A stretch of DNA of 64,000 bases from Chthonomonadales bacterium (lineage in GTDB: Bacteria > Armatimonadota > Chthonomonadetes > Chthonomonadales > CAJBBX01): the NCBI GenBank assembly GCA_012517255.1, contig JAAYVH010000159.1:2793-66792 (forward strand), in the 5' to 3' direction. A program made the translations under genes and the position numbers. This document shows positions 53,772 through 63,550 of this stretch, in pieces. A model generated the notes under the pieces. It made no database searches and was not told the DNA's origin. It worked only from the letters and a program-made list of their open reading frames with translations. The first letter of the stretch is position 1. The number at the start of each line of letters is the position of its first letter.

Positions 53772-56699
53772 TCACTCCCCTTTCCACACGGCGACCCAGT
53801 CGAGCGCCACCGAGGTGGAGCCGGGCCAGAGCAGGCGTGTTTCGAGGTCTCCCCCGGGATGGTCGAACGTGACGGCCACATGGCGATAGATTCCCACGGG
53901 CATGTCGGCGGGCGAAACCCGGACCGAGCCAATCACCCGAGCGCCGGAACCGGTGCAGGCATCGAGCGTGAGCGGCTCTCCGGCGGCCTCGCTCGTGCGC
54001 TTCAGCCGGAATACCGCGACATATCTGCCAGGAGGCGTCGGGGCATACGGACCGAATACGACGTAGCCCGGTTTGGCGTTGTCGGGCTCGATGAGCCATG
54101 AACTGACGCCGGAGCCTGCCGTGTCCGGCGCCGCTCTGCCGCCGCTGTGAGCCAGCGCCTCAGCCTCATAGCTTCGCACGAACCGCATCGTGCCCGGATC
54201 AGGCACAGGACCTATCCAGTCGGATGCTCCGATGAGCCGAACAGGCACCTGCACCATGCGCTGCCCTAGCGATGAATCGACAGTCAACGACACTCTGTCG
54301 GAAGCGGCAAGACCCGCAATCCGCACCGGCGCCTGGTCGCCGGGCTCAAGCGCGACACGAGCCGGGGTCACCTCGGCATCGGTTAGTCCCCCAACCGATG
54401 AGACCACGAGCGTGTCGGCGCGCTTGCCTACGTTGTGGAGGATTACCTCCGCTGCCACTCGGCGGCCTTCGATCGCGGCGACCGAGTTCGGAAGGCGCAC
54501 CAGGATCTGCTTCGCCGCCAGGTGTTCGCGGTACAGATGGGCCATATGGTCGGGCCGCACGGCCACATAGCGCGGACCCAGCGCCTTCATGACCTCCGGA
54601 TAGATGCTCATGTCCGCGCCCCAGTTCCAGATGAACGCGTGGAGGAAGGCCGGTCGCTCGGAAGGCGTGATCGCGCGGATCTCCTCGACCATCCGCTGAA
54701 TGCGCTTCTCCCGTGTGTCCTCTTCGACCCAGCCGGTGACTGCGTGGAATACCCCCACGTTGGCGCCCACGGGATAGGTCGCTTCGCCGTAGTCCGAGAC
54801 GCGCCGACCGTAGTCGGGGAAGATGGCTTCGAGGTTCGGTATGCGCTCAGCATACCGGGCGATCAGGTCCGGCCTCGTGGCGTTCATGATCCAGATGCTG
54901 CGCAGGCCCGACTCGCGCATGTACTGCGCCGTCTGATCGAGAAAGCCGTCAAAGACGCTGCGCCTGTCGGTTTCTCGATAGCGAGCCCCGTACGAGTCGG
55001 GATAGGTATAGCCGATGCCGGACACCGCGCCCAGAAAGGCGTCGTTGGCTGTGGCTGTCTCGTAGTAGTAGCTCATCACGTCGGGCATAAGCAGCCACGC
55101 AGCCGGCGAGATGGTCCATCCCATGGGGACCTTGCCGCGCGCGCGATCTGCCCAGCGCTGAGGGAAGTTCGACACGGTGAGCACGGGGAGATTGTCGCCG
55201 TCCGACATGATGAAACTAACGTAGACCCTGGTCGGGTCGAGCCGCGGTTTGGGCGGCGTGCGCGGACGCAGCGCGCCGGTTCGTATGCCCGAGTGAACGC
55301 TCAGGTTCGAGCAGTTGACCGATCCGACCAGATACTTGCCGAACTCGGCGAAAAGGGTTACTCCCGGCCCCTCGCCCATTCCCACGTCCTTGGCGGCCCA
55401 CGGATAGCTCATGACGGGCGCGTTGGCCGGCATGCGCGCGAGGATCCGTTCGGCGACTTCCGCTTCGGCGGTTGGATCCGCATAGGGCCGGGCGCCGTCA
55501 ATGGGACCCGATATCCAGAAGATGAACGCGCGATGCTGAGTCAGGTAGTCCCTCAGGCCGAGAGGGCCTGGATACGAGCAGGCCGCCAGCGCCGGGTTCA
55601 GCTTCGACCCAAGCGTATCGAGCGCCCACTGATAGGCATCGGCGCTTCGGCTCCATCGGCCGCGAAGATCGGCAAGGACCGGCAGCTTCAGGATCGCCGC
55701 GAGCCGGGGCGAGACCACGACTCCGTTCTCGACGGCAGCAATCATATTGGCGATGTTCTTGGTGGCAGGCAGACGAGGATCGGTGACCACCATGCCGCGC
55801 ACCAGCTTGGCGTTACGCTGCAAGAGCGTACGCCACGACGGACAGCGCACGGTGTCGGTGATCCAGCCCTTGCGGCGCATCCAGTTGAGCCACGTGGCAT
55901 CGCTCTCGTTGAAGAGCAGGTAGACCGTGGGTCGCGTTCGATTGATGATCCCTTGCAGCACGAGGGCGCAGAGCTGAGCGTCCGGCGGCTCGCGCATGAT
56001 GTCGCAGACGGTCAGTCGCCGAACGGGCGGCTTCGAACGAGGGAGTGGGTCTCCGATGCGCTTGGCGGCGGCATCCAGGCTCAGGTTGGAGGGGAGGCCG
56101 CTCGGCACAGCGGGTTTAGCTCGCGGCTCCGCGGGAAGCGGTCCGGCGTTCTCCACGCGGTAGAGGTCCACGGTATCCAGGCGCAGCCCAGCGTAACCAT
56201 GCCAGTGCAGTCGTATCTCAAGCTTGCCCCCCGGGCAGTTGAAGGCGATCGGCACCTGCGCATAGCGGCCATGTTCCATGTCCGTGCCGACGAGATGGTG
56301 CACGGCGCACACCGTCTTGCCGAAGCCCACCGCAGCGTCCAGATCCGCCACGGGGTCCTCGCCGGCATCATCCATGAGGCGCATGCGGACGAAGGCGACG
56401 TACACCCCTGCCGGAACGTCGCGATAGGGACCGTAGAGGACAGGCTTGCCCGGGAAGGCGACGCCGATGCGCGCTTCCCACACATCCTTCGACCGGGCGG
56501 CAGCGTCACGCGCTGGCCGACCCGATAGGTGCTGTGCGCCCTTTACTGCATCCCATCGAGCCGCTAGGGCATAGGCCCCAGACGGCAGCGCTCCCGGCGC
56601 CCTGACCTCGCGGTAGATGGTATCCGGCAGTCCGGAAGGCGCCTGCCCCTGACCGGCCAGGATGGCAGCGCCGAAAGCGAGGATTGCCAAGCCGCCCAT
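53772..56699 (-). CDS. GxGYxYP-family putative glycoside hydrolase with flanking beta-sandwich-like modules
   Basis: Signal peptide. The family-defining motif is present in GAVSGIGYTYPDSY. About 100-aa modules related to each other sit at both termini. Confidence 0.7.
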   Translation of the reverse strand: MGGLAILAFGAAILAGQGQAPSGLPDTIYREVRAPGALPSGAYALAARWDAVKGAQHLSGRPARDAAARSKDVWEARIGVAFPGKPVLYGPYRDVPAGVYVAFVRMRLMDDAGEDPVADLDAAVGFGKTVCAVHHLVGTDMEHGRYAQVPIAFNCPGGKLEIRLHWHGYAGLRLDTVDLYRVENAGPLPAEPRAKPAVPSGLPSNLSLDAAAKRIGDPLPRSKPPVRRLTVCDIMREPPDAQLCALVLQGIINRTRPTVYLLFNESDATWLNWMRRKGWITDTVRCPSWRTLLQRNAKLVRGMVVTDPRLPATKNIANMIAAVENGVVVSPRLAAILKLPVLADLRGRWSRSADAYQWALDTLGSKLNPALAACSYPGPLGLRDYLTQHRAFIFWISGPIDGARPYADPTAEAEVAERILARMPANAPVMSYPWAAKDVGMGEGPGVTLFAEFGKYLVGSVNCSNLSVHSGIRTGALRPRTPPKPRLDPTRVYVSFIMSDGDNLPVLTVSNFPQRWADRARGKVPMGWTISPAAWLLMPDVMSYYYETATANDAFLGAVSGIGYTYPDSYGARYRETDRRSVFDGFLDQTAQYMRESGLRSIWIMNATRPDLIARYAERIPNLEAIFPDYGRRVSDYGEATYPVGANVGVFHAVTGWVEEDTREKRIQRMVEEIRAITPSERPAFLHAFIWNWGADMSIYPEVMKALGPRYVAVRPDHMAHLYREHLAAKQILVRLPNSVAAIEGRRVAAEVILHNVGKRADTLVVSSVGGLTDAEVTPARVALEPGDQAPVRIAGLAASDRVSLTVDSSLGQRMVQVPVRLIGASDWIGPVPDPGTMRFVRSYEAEALAHSGGRAAPDTAGSGVSSWLIEPDNAKPGYVVFGPYAPTPPGRYVAVFRLKRTSEAAGEPLTLDACTGSGARVIGSVRVSPADMPVGIYRHVAVTFDHPGGDLETRLLWPGSTSVALDWVAVWKGE

Positions 56700-56894
56700 G
56701 CGGGACCTCCTGCAAGGAATGAATGACGCAGATGAAGTTCAGCGTACCCGCCGTGCCGTCCTGCGCGCCCGTGAGCCCGCTGTCTGACCGCTTCGGCGGC
56801 GTCTGTCAGGAGATGCCGAAGGCTCGGCCCATCACGGCCAAGAATCGGCTGTCAAAACATGAAACGACCGTGGCAAACAACCGTCTAATGTTGC

Positions 56895-57287
56895 GTGAGG
56901 AGTGATGCAAGCATGTTCGGTCGAGATCAATCCAGAACCCTATACAGAGCCGCGGCGCGTCGCGTGTGGGAACGCTACCGCCCGAGCCTGCTCGATATGC
57001 CTGTCGGTATCAGCTTGCTGCGCGACCGGGAGGTAGGCCTGACGTACAAGCTGAGAGCCGTGACGACGGCGCTAGCGGTGGCGGTGGGCGTATTCGGTCT
57101 GCAATGGCTGCTCGCCTGGACCGCCGGCATCCATCGGCCCGTTGTCGCTCCGGCTGTTGAGCTCGCACTGGCAGCAGCAGTGCTCGCGCTTGCAGTGCCG
57201 CTGGCGATCGTGCGCGTGGTGGAGCCAGAGCACGTGGTGCGGGTGCGCCTCCGCAAGTATCGCGTGATTCCGCTCAAGCGTCCGTAG
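56895..57287 (+). CDS. hypothetical small membrane protein
   Basis: Two hydrophobic helices (TTALAVAVGVFGLQWLLAW, LALAAAVLALAVPLAIV). No recognisable motif. An alternative ATG is at 56913. Confidence 0.3.
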   Translation: MRSDASMFGRDQSRTLYRAAARRVWERYRPSLLDMPVGISLLRDREVGLTYKLRAVTTALAVAVGVFGLQWLLAWTAGIHRPVVAPAVELALAAAVLALAVPLAIVRVVEPEHVVRVRLRKYRVIPLKRP

Positions 57288-57352
57288 GCGTCTGGCTAAC
57301 TGTCGGAACGAAGCGCCCGGCCCATCAGGTCGGGCGCTTTGCGTTGCGGCTC

Positions 57353-58078
57353 TCAGTACTTGTCGGAGCCCTTCTCCGGCAGGGGCATGATCCAGATGTT
57401 GCGATACTCCACCTTGTTGCCGTGATCCTGCAGGACGATGGGACCGGTCTTGCTCGGCTGGCGTTCGCGAGGCGATTGAATGCCCGTCGGGCCTTCCATT
57501 TCCGTGTTGTTCTGGATCACGATGCCGTTGAGCATGACGGTAACGCGAGGCTTCTGCACCACGGCGTTGTCGTCGCCAAGGCGCGGCGCGCGGAAGACAA
57601 TGTCGTAGGTCTGCCATTGCATGGGAGGCTTGCAGGCGTTGACGAGCGCCGCAGCCTGACCGTAGACCGCCCCGCAGTCTCCCTGGCCCGGCGTCTCGAT
57701 GCCGAAGGAGTCGAGCACCTGTATCTCATAGCGGCCATGGAGACCGATACCGCTGTTTCCTTTGCCCTGGCCCGTGGCGTTGGGCATGTCGGGAGTGCGA
57801 AACTCAATGTGTAACTGGAAGTCGCCGAACTCCTGCTTCGTGGCAATGTCGCCGCCTCCCACGATCATTGCGCCATCCTCAATGCGCCAGGCGGCGGGCT
57901 GGTCGGTGCCGCGCCGTACCCAGTTGGTTGCCATTTCGTCCGGCTGGCCGGCAAACAGGACGACAACGCCGGGGAACTTGGGAGGCGGGATGGGCGCCTG
58001 GTCGGCTTGCGCAACGATGGACGGGTGCGGCAGTCCCAGCGCGACTATGGGCATCAGGGACATCCAGCATACGGTCAT
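57353..58078 (-). CDS. DUF1080-family protein (3-keto-disaccharide hydrolase-like, concanavalin-like fold)
   Basis: Signal peptide MTVCWMSLMPIVALG. The motifs WRIEDGAMIVGGGDIATKQEFGDFQLHIEFR, NSGIGLHGRYEIQVLDS and GPIVLQDHGNKVEYRNIWI are typical. Confidence 0.8.
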   Translation of the reverse strand: MTVCWMSLMPIVALGLPHPSIVAQADQAPIPPPKFPGVVVLFAGQPDEMATNWVRRGTDQPAAWRIEDGAMIVGGGDIATKQEFGDFQLHIEFRTPDMPNATGQGKGNSGIGLHGRYEIQVLDSFGIETPGQGDCGAVYGQAAALVNACKPPMQWQTYDIVFRAPRLGDDNAVVQKPRVTVMLNGIVIQNNTEMEGPTGIQSPRERQPSKTGPIVLQDHGNKVEYRNIWIMPLPEKGSDKY

Positions 58079-58229
58079 GGTTCTTTCTCCTTTGGATCGG
58101 ATACGTTTCCAGTATGGCACGCGCCACAGGAGCAGGGAAGTGCGCCGCGCAGGGAGAAGTGGTCTGAGACATGCCGCGTCCGTGCGGTAGGGAGGATGGA
58201 TCACAACCATGGAGCGTCAGGAGGCCCGG

Positions 58230-59741
58230 ATGAGCCGGCGAGATTTGATCAAGGGTGTGGCTGCGGCAGGAGCAGCCGCGTGTCCGGGCGTGGCCCCGGC
58301 AGATGCTTCGGGCGCGCCGGGCGGTCTGCCTCGATGCAGGCCCGAGGAGGCCGGCGTCGCCTCTGCTGGCCTTCTGGGGTTCCTCGATGCTGTGGAGCAG
58401 AAGGTCGGCGGTCTGCACAGCTTCATGCTGGTTCGGCAGGGCAAGGTGGCTGCCGAAGGCTACTGGAAACCCTATGGGCCGCGCTATCCGCATATGCTCT
58501 TCTCGCTCAGCAAGAGCTTCACCTCGACGGCAATAGGGCAGGCCATCGGCGACAGCCTGCTGAGCCTCGATGACACCGTGCTGTCGTTCTTCCCGGATCG
58601 AGCCCCGGTCAATCCCGACGCCAACCTGCGGGCCATGCGCATTCGGCATCTGCTCACCATGACCACGGGACATGATCAGGACACGATCGACCGCACCACC
58701 CGGGCGACAGAGGGCGACTGGGTGCGCGCCTTCCTCTCGATTCCCGTCGAGCACGCTCCCGGCTCGAAGTTCGTCTACAACAGCGGCGCGACCTACATGC
58801 TGTCGGCCATCCTCCAGAAGATCACGGGCAAGCGCCTTCTCGACTACCTCCGGCCGCGCCTCTTCGGACCCCTCGGCATTACCGGCATGACCTGGCAGAC
58901 GTGTCCCAAAGGGATCAACACCGGCGGATGGGGCCTGAGCGTCAAGACCGAAGACATCGCCCGCTTCGGACTACTCTATCTGCACAAGGGCGTCTGGCGG
59001 GGCAGAAGGCTCGTGCCCGAAGCCTGGGTCACCGCCGCGACTTCCAAGCAGGTCCCCAACGGCGACGATCCCAACAGCGATTGGGCGCAGGGCTATGGCT
59101 ATCAGTTCTGGCGCTGCCGCCACAACGCCTATCGCGGCGACGGCGCGTTCGGCCAGTACTGCATCGTCATGCCGGAGCATGACGCCGTGATGGCCATCAC
59201 CAGCGGCGTAGCGGACATGCAGGCCGTGCTCAACGCCATCTGGGACAACCTGCTGCACCGTATGGGCAGCCCTGCGCTGCCAGGCCCCGATGAGAAGACG
59301 CTGGCCGAACGTCTGAAAACGCTGGAGGTGGCGTCGCCTGACGGAGCATCGCTCGCGCCCGATACCACGCGCGTGGATGGCAGAACCTATCGGCTCGAGC
59401 AGAACGACCGCAAGATCGTTGCCGCATCGTTCAGTGTCAAGGCCGGGCGTGTCACGATGACCCTGACGAATGACCGTGGCGAGCATCCGCTTGTGTGCGG
59501 CATGGCCGACTGGGTGCGCGGAACGACGGCGCTCGAAGGAGAGCCGCCCGCGAAGATCGCGACCCGCGGCGCATGGACGTCGGATGACACTCTGATGATG
59601 AAGGTCTGCTTCTACGAGACGCCGTTCGAGCGCACCATCACGGTGAAGTTCTCCGGCGAGGACGTGACGATCACGTGGAAGGACAACGTCGGCTTCGGCC
59701 CGACCGAGGGCCCCACGCTGAAGGGCAAGGCCGTCGCATGA
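58230..59741 (+). CDS. Tat-exported serine hydrolase of the beta-lactamase/transpeptidase-like family
   Basis: AGGAGG at 58219-58224, twin-arginine signal MSRRDLIKGVAAAGAAA, and SxxK nucleophile motif FSLSKSFT. Confidence 0.8.
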   Translation: MSRRDLIKGVAAAGAAACPGVAPADASGAPGGLPRCRPEEAGVASAGLLGFLDAVEQKVGGLHSFMLVRQGKVAAEGYWKPYGPRYPHMLFSLSKSFTSTAIGQAIGDSLLSLDDTVLSFFPDRAPVNPDANLRAMRIRHLLTMTTGHDQDTIDRTTRATEGDWVRAFLSIPVEHAPGSKFVYNSGATYMLSAILQKITGKRLLDYLRPRLFGPLGITGMTWQTCPKGINTGGWGLSVKTEDIARFGLLYLHKGVWRGRRLVPEAWVTAATSKQVPNGDDPNSDWAQGYGYQFWRCRHNAYRGDGAFGQYCIVMPEHDAVMAITSGVADMQAVLNAIWDNLLHRMGSPALPGPDEKTLAERLKTLEVASPDGASLAPDTTRVDGRTYRLEQNDRKIVAASFSVKAGRVTMTLTNDRGEHPLVCGMADWVRGTTALEGEPPAKIATRGAWTSDDTLMMKVCFYETPFERTITVKFSGEDVTITWKDNVGFGPTEGPTLKGKAVA

Positions 59742-59766
59742 GACGGGTCGAGGCGCGGCGGTGGCC

Positions 59767-60867
59767 ATGATGTCCGTGGTGGCGCTCGCAGGGGCCGTCC
59801 TCGCCATGACGTGGTCCGGGGACGCGGGTCCTCGGGTGGTCAGGGTCGAGAACGCCGGTCTCCTCTTTACAGACAATCAGGCTGGCGTGAGCGGCGTGGA
59901 CGCGGGGTACTCGGTGCTGATGGACAAGGATACGCTCTGGCTCTTCGGCGACGTGTTCCTGCTGCACCCCACCGACCCCGAAAAGCGCTATGTCGGCGGC
60001 GTCAGCAACGCCGCGCTCCTGACCTCTGCACGGACAGCCTCCGGCCTGCGGCGCTACCGGTTCGTGACCGATCCGGCCACCGGGCTCGCCCGGCAGGTCA
60101 TCCCGAATCTCCCCGGCGAGGGGAACGAGACGCGACTGTGGCCTGCCGGCGGGTGGTATGACGCTCGGGCACGGAGGGTCTATCTATACTGGGCGCGTAT
60201 TCGCACGACGGGCGGCGGCGGGCCCTTCGACTTCAGGCTCGAGGGCCATGGGCTGGCTGCAGCCGATGCGTCAGAGCCAGATAGGATCCGCTTCGAGCGG
60301 CTGAAGTCAGAGCATGGCGATGAACTGTGGTGGCCCAATGCTGACGGCAAACCGGTCTTCGGCGCCGCCGTGGTGAGAGGACCCGAGGCGCGCCCGCGCT
60401 ATCTGTACGTCGTGGGCGTCGAGGAACGCCAGGGAAAGAAGATCGGCAAGCTGGCGCGAGTTGCCCCCGAGAGTGTCGCGAAGTCCGGGGCCTACGAGTA
60501 CTTCAGCGGCAGTCCCGATCATCCAACGTGGAGCGCCGATCCATCTCAGTCGGCAGACATAGCCGGGCTCGCCGACTTCCCAAGCGAGCTCTCGGTAGCC
60601 TACAACCGATACCTCGGCGGGTATCTGGCGGTGCACTCCGTGGGAATCGCCGACCGTATCCGGCTGAGCCTTGCCGACAACCCGTGGGGACCCTACCGAC
60701 AGATCGCCGAGATCGGCGCGCCCCATCGGGCCTTCGAGAAGGCGTTCTGCTACGCCGGCAAGGAGCACCCCGAACTTGCGGAGCAGGGCGGCAGGGTCAT
60801 CTACATCACCTACGTGGACAGCCAGCGCTACTGGCTGCAGATGCTCAGAGTCACCTTCGAGCGATAA
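59767..60867 (+). CDS. DUF4185-like secreted protein (beta-propeller glycosidase-like)
   Basis: Signal peptide MMSVVALAGAVLAMTW. DKDTLWLFGDVFL and the later YEYFSG...WS pattern match my recollection of DUF4185. Confidence 0.5.
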   Translation: MMSVVALAGAVLAMTWSGDAGPRVVRVENAGLLFTDNQAGVSGVDAGYSVLMDKDTLWLFGDVFLLHPTDPEKRYVGGVSNAALLTSARTASGLRRYRFVTDPATGLARQVIPNLPGEGNETRLWPAGGWYDARARRVYLYWARIRTTGGGGPFDFRLEGHGLAAADASEPDRIRFERLKSEHGDELWWPNADGKPVFGAAVVRGPEARPRYLYVVGVEERQGKKIGKLARVAPESVAKSGAYEYFSGSPDHPTWSADPSQSADIAGLADFPSELSVAYNRYLGGYLAVHSVGIADRIRLSLADNPWGPYRQIAEIGAPHRAFEKAFCYAGKEHPELAEQGGRVIYITYVDSQRYWLQMLRVTFER

Positions 60868-60907
60868 TCCTCGAGGGCTGTCGCTGCTATCAAGAATCAC
60901 CATACAG

Positions 60908-60924
60908 TGGGTAAACTTTACCCA
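60908..60924. promoter_or_regulatory. AT-rich 17-bp palindrome abutting the ATPase start codon
   Basis: TGGGTAAA-C-TTTACCCA has perfect 8-bp arms. Its last base is the A of ATG 60924. No Shine-Dalgarno sequence is visible upstream. Confidence 0.3.
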
Positions 60925-62174
60925 TGTACCGGAGACTCCTGGCATCCCGGATCAGAGAGGCGCTCGACGACACGCCCGTTGTCATGCTCATCGGCGCACG
61001 TCAGACCGGCAAGACGACGCTCGTCCGCGACATGGGGCTGTACCGAAATCTCGACGATCCTCTGACACTTGCCTCCGCGAGCAGCGACCCCGTGGGGTTC
61101 CTCGCGTCGCTGGTCCACCTGAACCGAGCGCCGATCGTGCTGGATGAGGTCCAACACGTGCCGGAGCTGTTCCCTGCGATCAAGATGATCGTGGATGCCG
61201 ACCGCACGCCTGGCCGGTTCGTGCTGACCGGATCCGCTCAGGTGCTCCTCTTGCCAGGGGTTTCCGAGTCGCTAGCCGGGCGGATGGAGGTTCTACGGCT
61301 GTGGCCCCTCAGTCAGGCTGAGATTGCGGGCTCAGGGGTCAACCTCGTAGATGCGCTCGGAGGCGATTCGTTCGAGCCCCTCCCGCCGGGACCCGAAGCG
61401 CGTGTCGGTTTCGAGGACATCCTGCTCCGCGCCCTGATCGGCGGTTATCCGGATCCGGTCGCGCGCACGTCCTCCCGAAGGCGTGGCGCCTGGTTCGACG
61501 CCTACGTTACGACCATGCTGCAGCGAGACATCCAGGCCCTGGCGAGCATCGGATCCATCAGCGCGATGGCGCAGTTGCTGGCCATGCTCGCATCACTCAC
61601 CGCTACCGCCGTCAACGTGGCGAGCGTCAGCCGCGATCTCGGTGTCCCATACACCACCCTCCAGCGCTACCTGGCGCTATTGCAGATGACCATGCTTGTC
61701 GAGGCGATACCTGCATGGTCATCGAGCGCGGCCCACCAGTCGGCTCGGGCGCCGAAGCTCGTCCTCACCGACAGCGGACTGGCGGCACGGCTTGCGCGGA
61801 TCGGTATATCCGGTTCGGCCCGCGATACTGTCGTGGCGGGGCGACTGATCGAGACGTTCGTGATCACCGAGATTCTCAAGCTTGTGGGAACCAGCGACAC
61901 CCAGCCTCACGTGTTCCACTGGAGATCCCATCGTAGACGGGAGGTCGATGTGGTGCTCGACTACGGAGATCGCATCGTGGGGATCGAGATCAAGTCCTCG
62001 GGGTCTGCCCGCAGCGATGACCTGGCCGGCTTACAGTGCTTGAGAGAGCTCGTGACGCCACGCCCGTTTCGCGGCATCGTCGCGTATGCAGGCGACAGGG
62101 CGGCAGCGTTCGGCCCCGATCTATGGGCAGTGCCGATCGCGTCGCTCTGGGAGCCCGGCCAAACGATCCAGTGA
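60924..62174 (+). CDS. AAA+ ATPase with C-terminal DUF4143-like domain (COG1373-type)
   Basis: Walker A in VVMLIGARQTGKTTLV and Walker B-like IVLDEVQ. The overall length and C-terminal block (EVDVVLDYGDRIVGIEIKSS) are typical of this family. Confidence 0.75.
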   Translation: MYRRLLASRIREALDDTPVVMLIGARQTGKTTLVRDMGLYRNLDDPLTLASASSDPVGFLASLVHLNRAPIVLDEVQHVPELFPAIKMIVDADRTPGRFVLTGSAQVLLLPGVSESLAGRMEVLRLWPLSQAEIAGSGVNLVDALGGDSFEPLPPGPEARVGFEDILLRALIGGYPDPVARTSSRRRGAWFDAYVTTMLQRDIQALASIGSISAMAQLLAMLASLTATAVNVASVSRDLGVPYTTLQRYLALLQMTMLVEAIPAWSSSAAHQSARAPKLVLTDSGLAARLARIGISGSARDTVVAGRLIETFVITEILKLVGTSDTQPHVFHWRSHRRREVDVVLDYGDRIVGIEIKSSGSARSDDLAGLQCLRELVTPRPFRGIVAYAGDRAAAFGPDLWAVPIASLWEPGQTIQ

Positions 62175-62305
62175 CGGACACATCCCTGCGGGCTTCGAGA
62201 CTGACGAGGCCCGCTGCCGCCGACCATCCGCGCGCTGCGCATCATCGGTCCGCAGGAACCCGCCCCGGACCCGCTGAAGAGTCTGCTCATAGGAGGTGCG
62301 ATACG

Positions 62306-63472
62306 ATGCCCATCAAGACCCTCTGCCTGATCGCGCTCACGGTGGCGGCATCTGCCGTACTCGCCCAGGTCCCGCTGGCGCAGAAGAAGCTCATCGAGTA
62401 CGGCTGGGATGTGCCCACGCCGGCGCAAATGCGCGACATGCTGCCCGACATGGAGAAGCGGCCTTTCGATGGCCTGATCTTTCGGCTGGACAAGGGGTTC
62501 AACGCCTTCGAGACCAAGCCGCTGGACCCGAAGCTCTTTGCGGAAGACGAGCGGATACTCCGCGAACTCAAGTTCGGCAAGTTCACGCACAACTTCGTAC
62601 TCATCTGGGGCTCGCCCCATGCCGAGTGGGATTGGTTCGACGACACGCAGTGGAAGGCCGTCGAGCAGAACGCGCGCTTGCTCGTGAAGGTCGGCATGGT
62701 TGCGCGCATCAAGGGCATCTGCTTCGACCCGGAGCCCTACGACTTCGAGCTGTGGAACTATGCCAAACAGCCCCGCGCGAAAGAGCGCTCGTTTGCCCAG
62801 TATCGCACGCAGGTGCGTCTGCGCGGCAAGCAGCTCATGCGGGCATTCGAGAAGGAGATGCCGGGCGCCCTGGTCTTGACCTTCTTCCACGTGAGCCTCA
62901 TCGGCCATCTGGCCGATCTGCCCGAGGATCGCCGCGAGGCTGAGCTGCAGAAGGGCGGATGGGGGCTCATGCCCGACTTCCTGATCGGCATGCTCGAAGG
63001 GGCGAGCGCAAAGGCGCGCTTCATTGACGGCAACGAGATGGCCTACTACTACACGTCGCGCGAGCAGTACTTCCGGGCCTATCACACCATGCGTCAGCGG
63101 GTCCTGCAGATGCTTCCCGCGCGTCTGCGCCAGAAGTACACCCGGCAGGTACAGGCCGGCAACGCCCTCTATGTGGACCAGAACTTCGCTCTCCGGCAGC
63201 CCAATACCGACCAGTACCTGAGCTTCCGCATGACTCCAGAAGAACGGGCGAGGTGGTTTGAGCACAACACCTACTGGGCGCTCTACACGTCCGACGAGTA
63301 CGTCTGGTGCTACAGCGAACGGATGAACTGGTGGAAGAACCAGACGCCGCCGGGGCTGGAAGAGGCCATTGTCAACGCCCGGCGCAAGATCCACGAGGGG
63401 CAGCCCCTCGGGTTCGAGATTGAGCCGCTCGTCGCAGAGGCTGGAAAGAGGCCCATACCTGCCAGGCAGTAG
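62306..63472 (+). CDS. hypothetical secreted protein
   Basis: AGGAGG at 62291-62296 and signal peptide MPIKTLCLIALTVAASAVLAQ. I recognise no motif. The ORF-track start at 62036 overlaps the ATPase gene. Confidence 0.5.
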   Translation: MPIKTLCLIALTVAASAVLAQVPLAQKKLIEYGWDVPTPAQMRDMLPDMEKRPFDGLIFRLDKGFNAFETKPLDPKLFAEDERILRELKFGKFTHNFVLIWGSPHAEWDWFDDTQWKAVEQNARLLVKVGMVARIKGICFDPEPYDFELWNYAKQPRAKERSFAQYRTQVRLRGKQLMRAFEKEMPGALVLTFFHVSLIGHLADLPEDRREAELQKGGWGLMPDFLIGMLEGASAKARFIDGNEMAYYYTSREQYFRAYHTMRQRVLQMLPARLRQKYTRQVQAGNALYVDQNFALRQPNTDQYLSFRMTPEERARWFEHNTYWALYTSDEYVWCYSERMNWWKNQTPPGLEEAIVNARRKIHEGQPLGFEIEPLVAEAGKRPIPARQ

Positions 63473-63550
63473 CGCCGGCGCAAGACCGGCAACCCGGTCC
63501 ATACGCCCCAGAGGAGCCTGGACCGGGAGGCAGACCCGAAGGAGAAGACC

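Noticed and set aside
54435-56528. A 697-aa + strand ORF.
   Set aside because: It is antisense to the GxGYxYP-family gene, which has a signal peptide and the family motif. The translation is low-complexity and Arg-rich.
60868-62305. Considered the ATPase gene as a mobile-element insertion.
   Set aside because: I could find no flanking direct or inverted repeats and no integrase or transposase. Composition is not obviously different from the neighbours.
61961-63502. A 513-aa - strand ORF.
   Set aside because: It is antisense to the 3' end of the ATPase gene and to the SD-preceded secreted-protein gene 62306-63472. It has no motif and no plausible start context.
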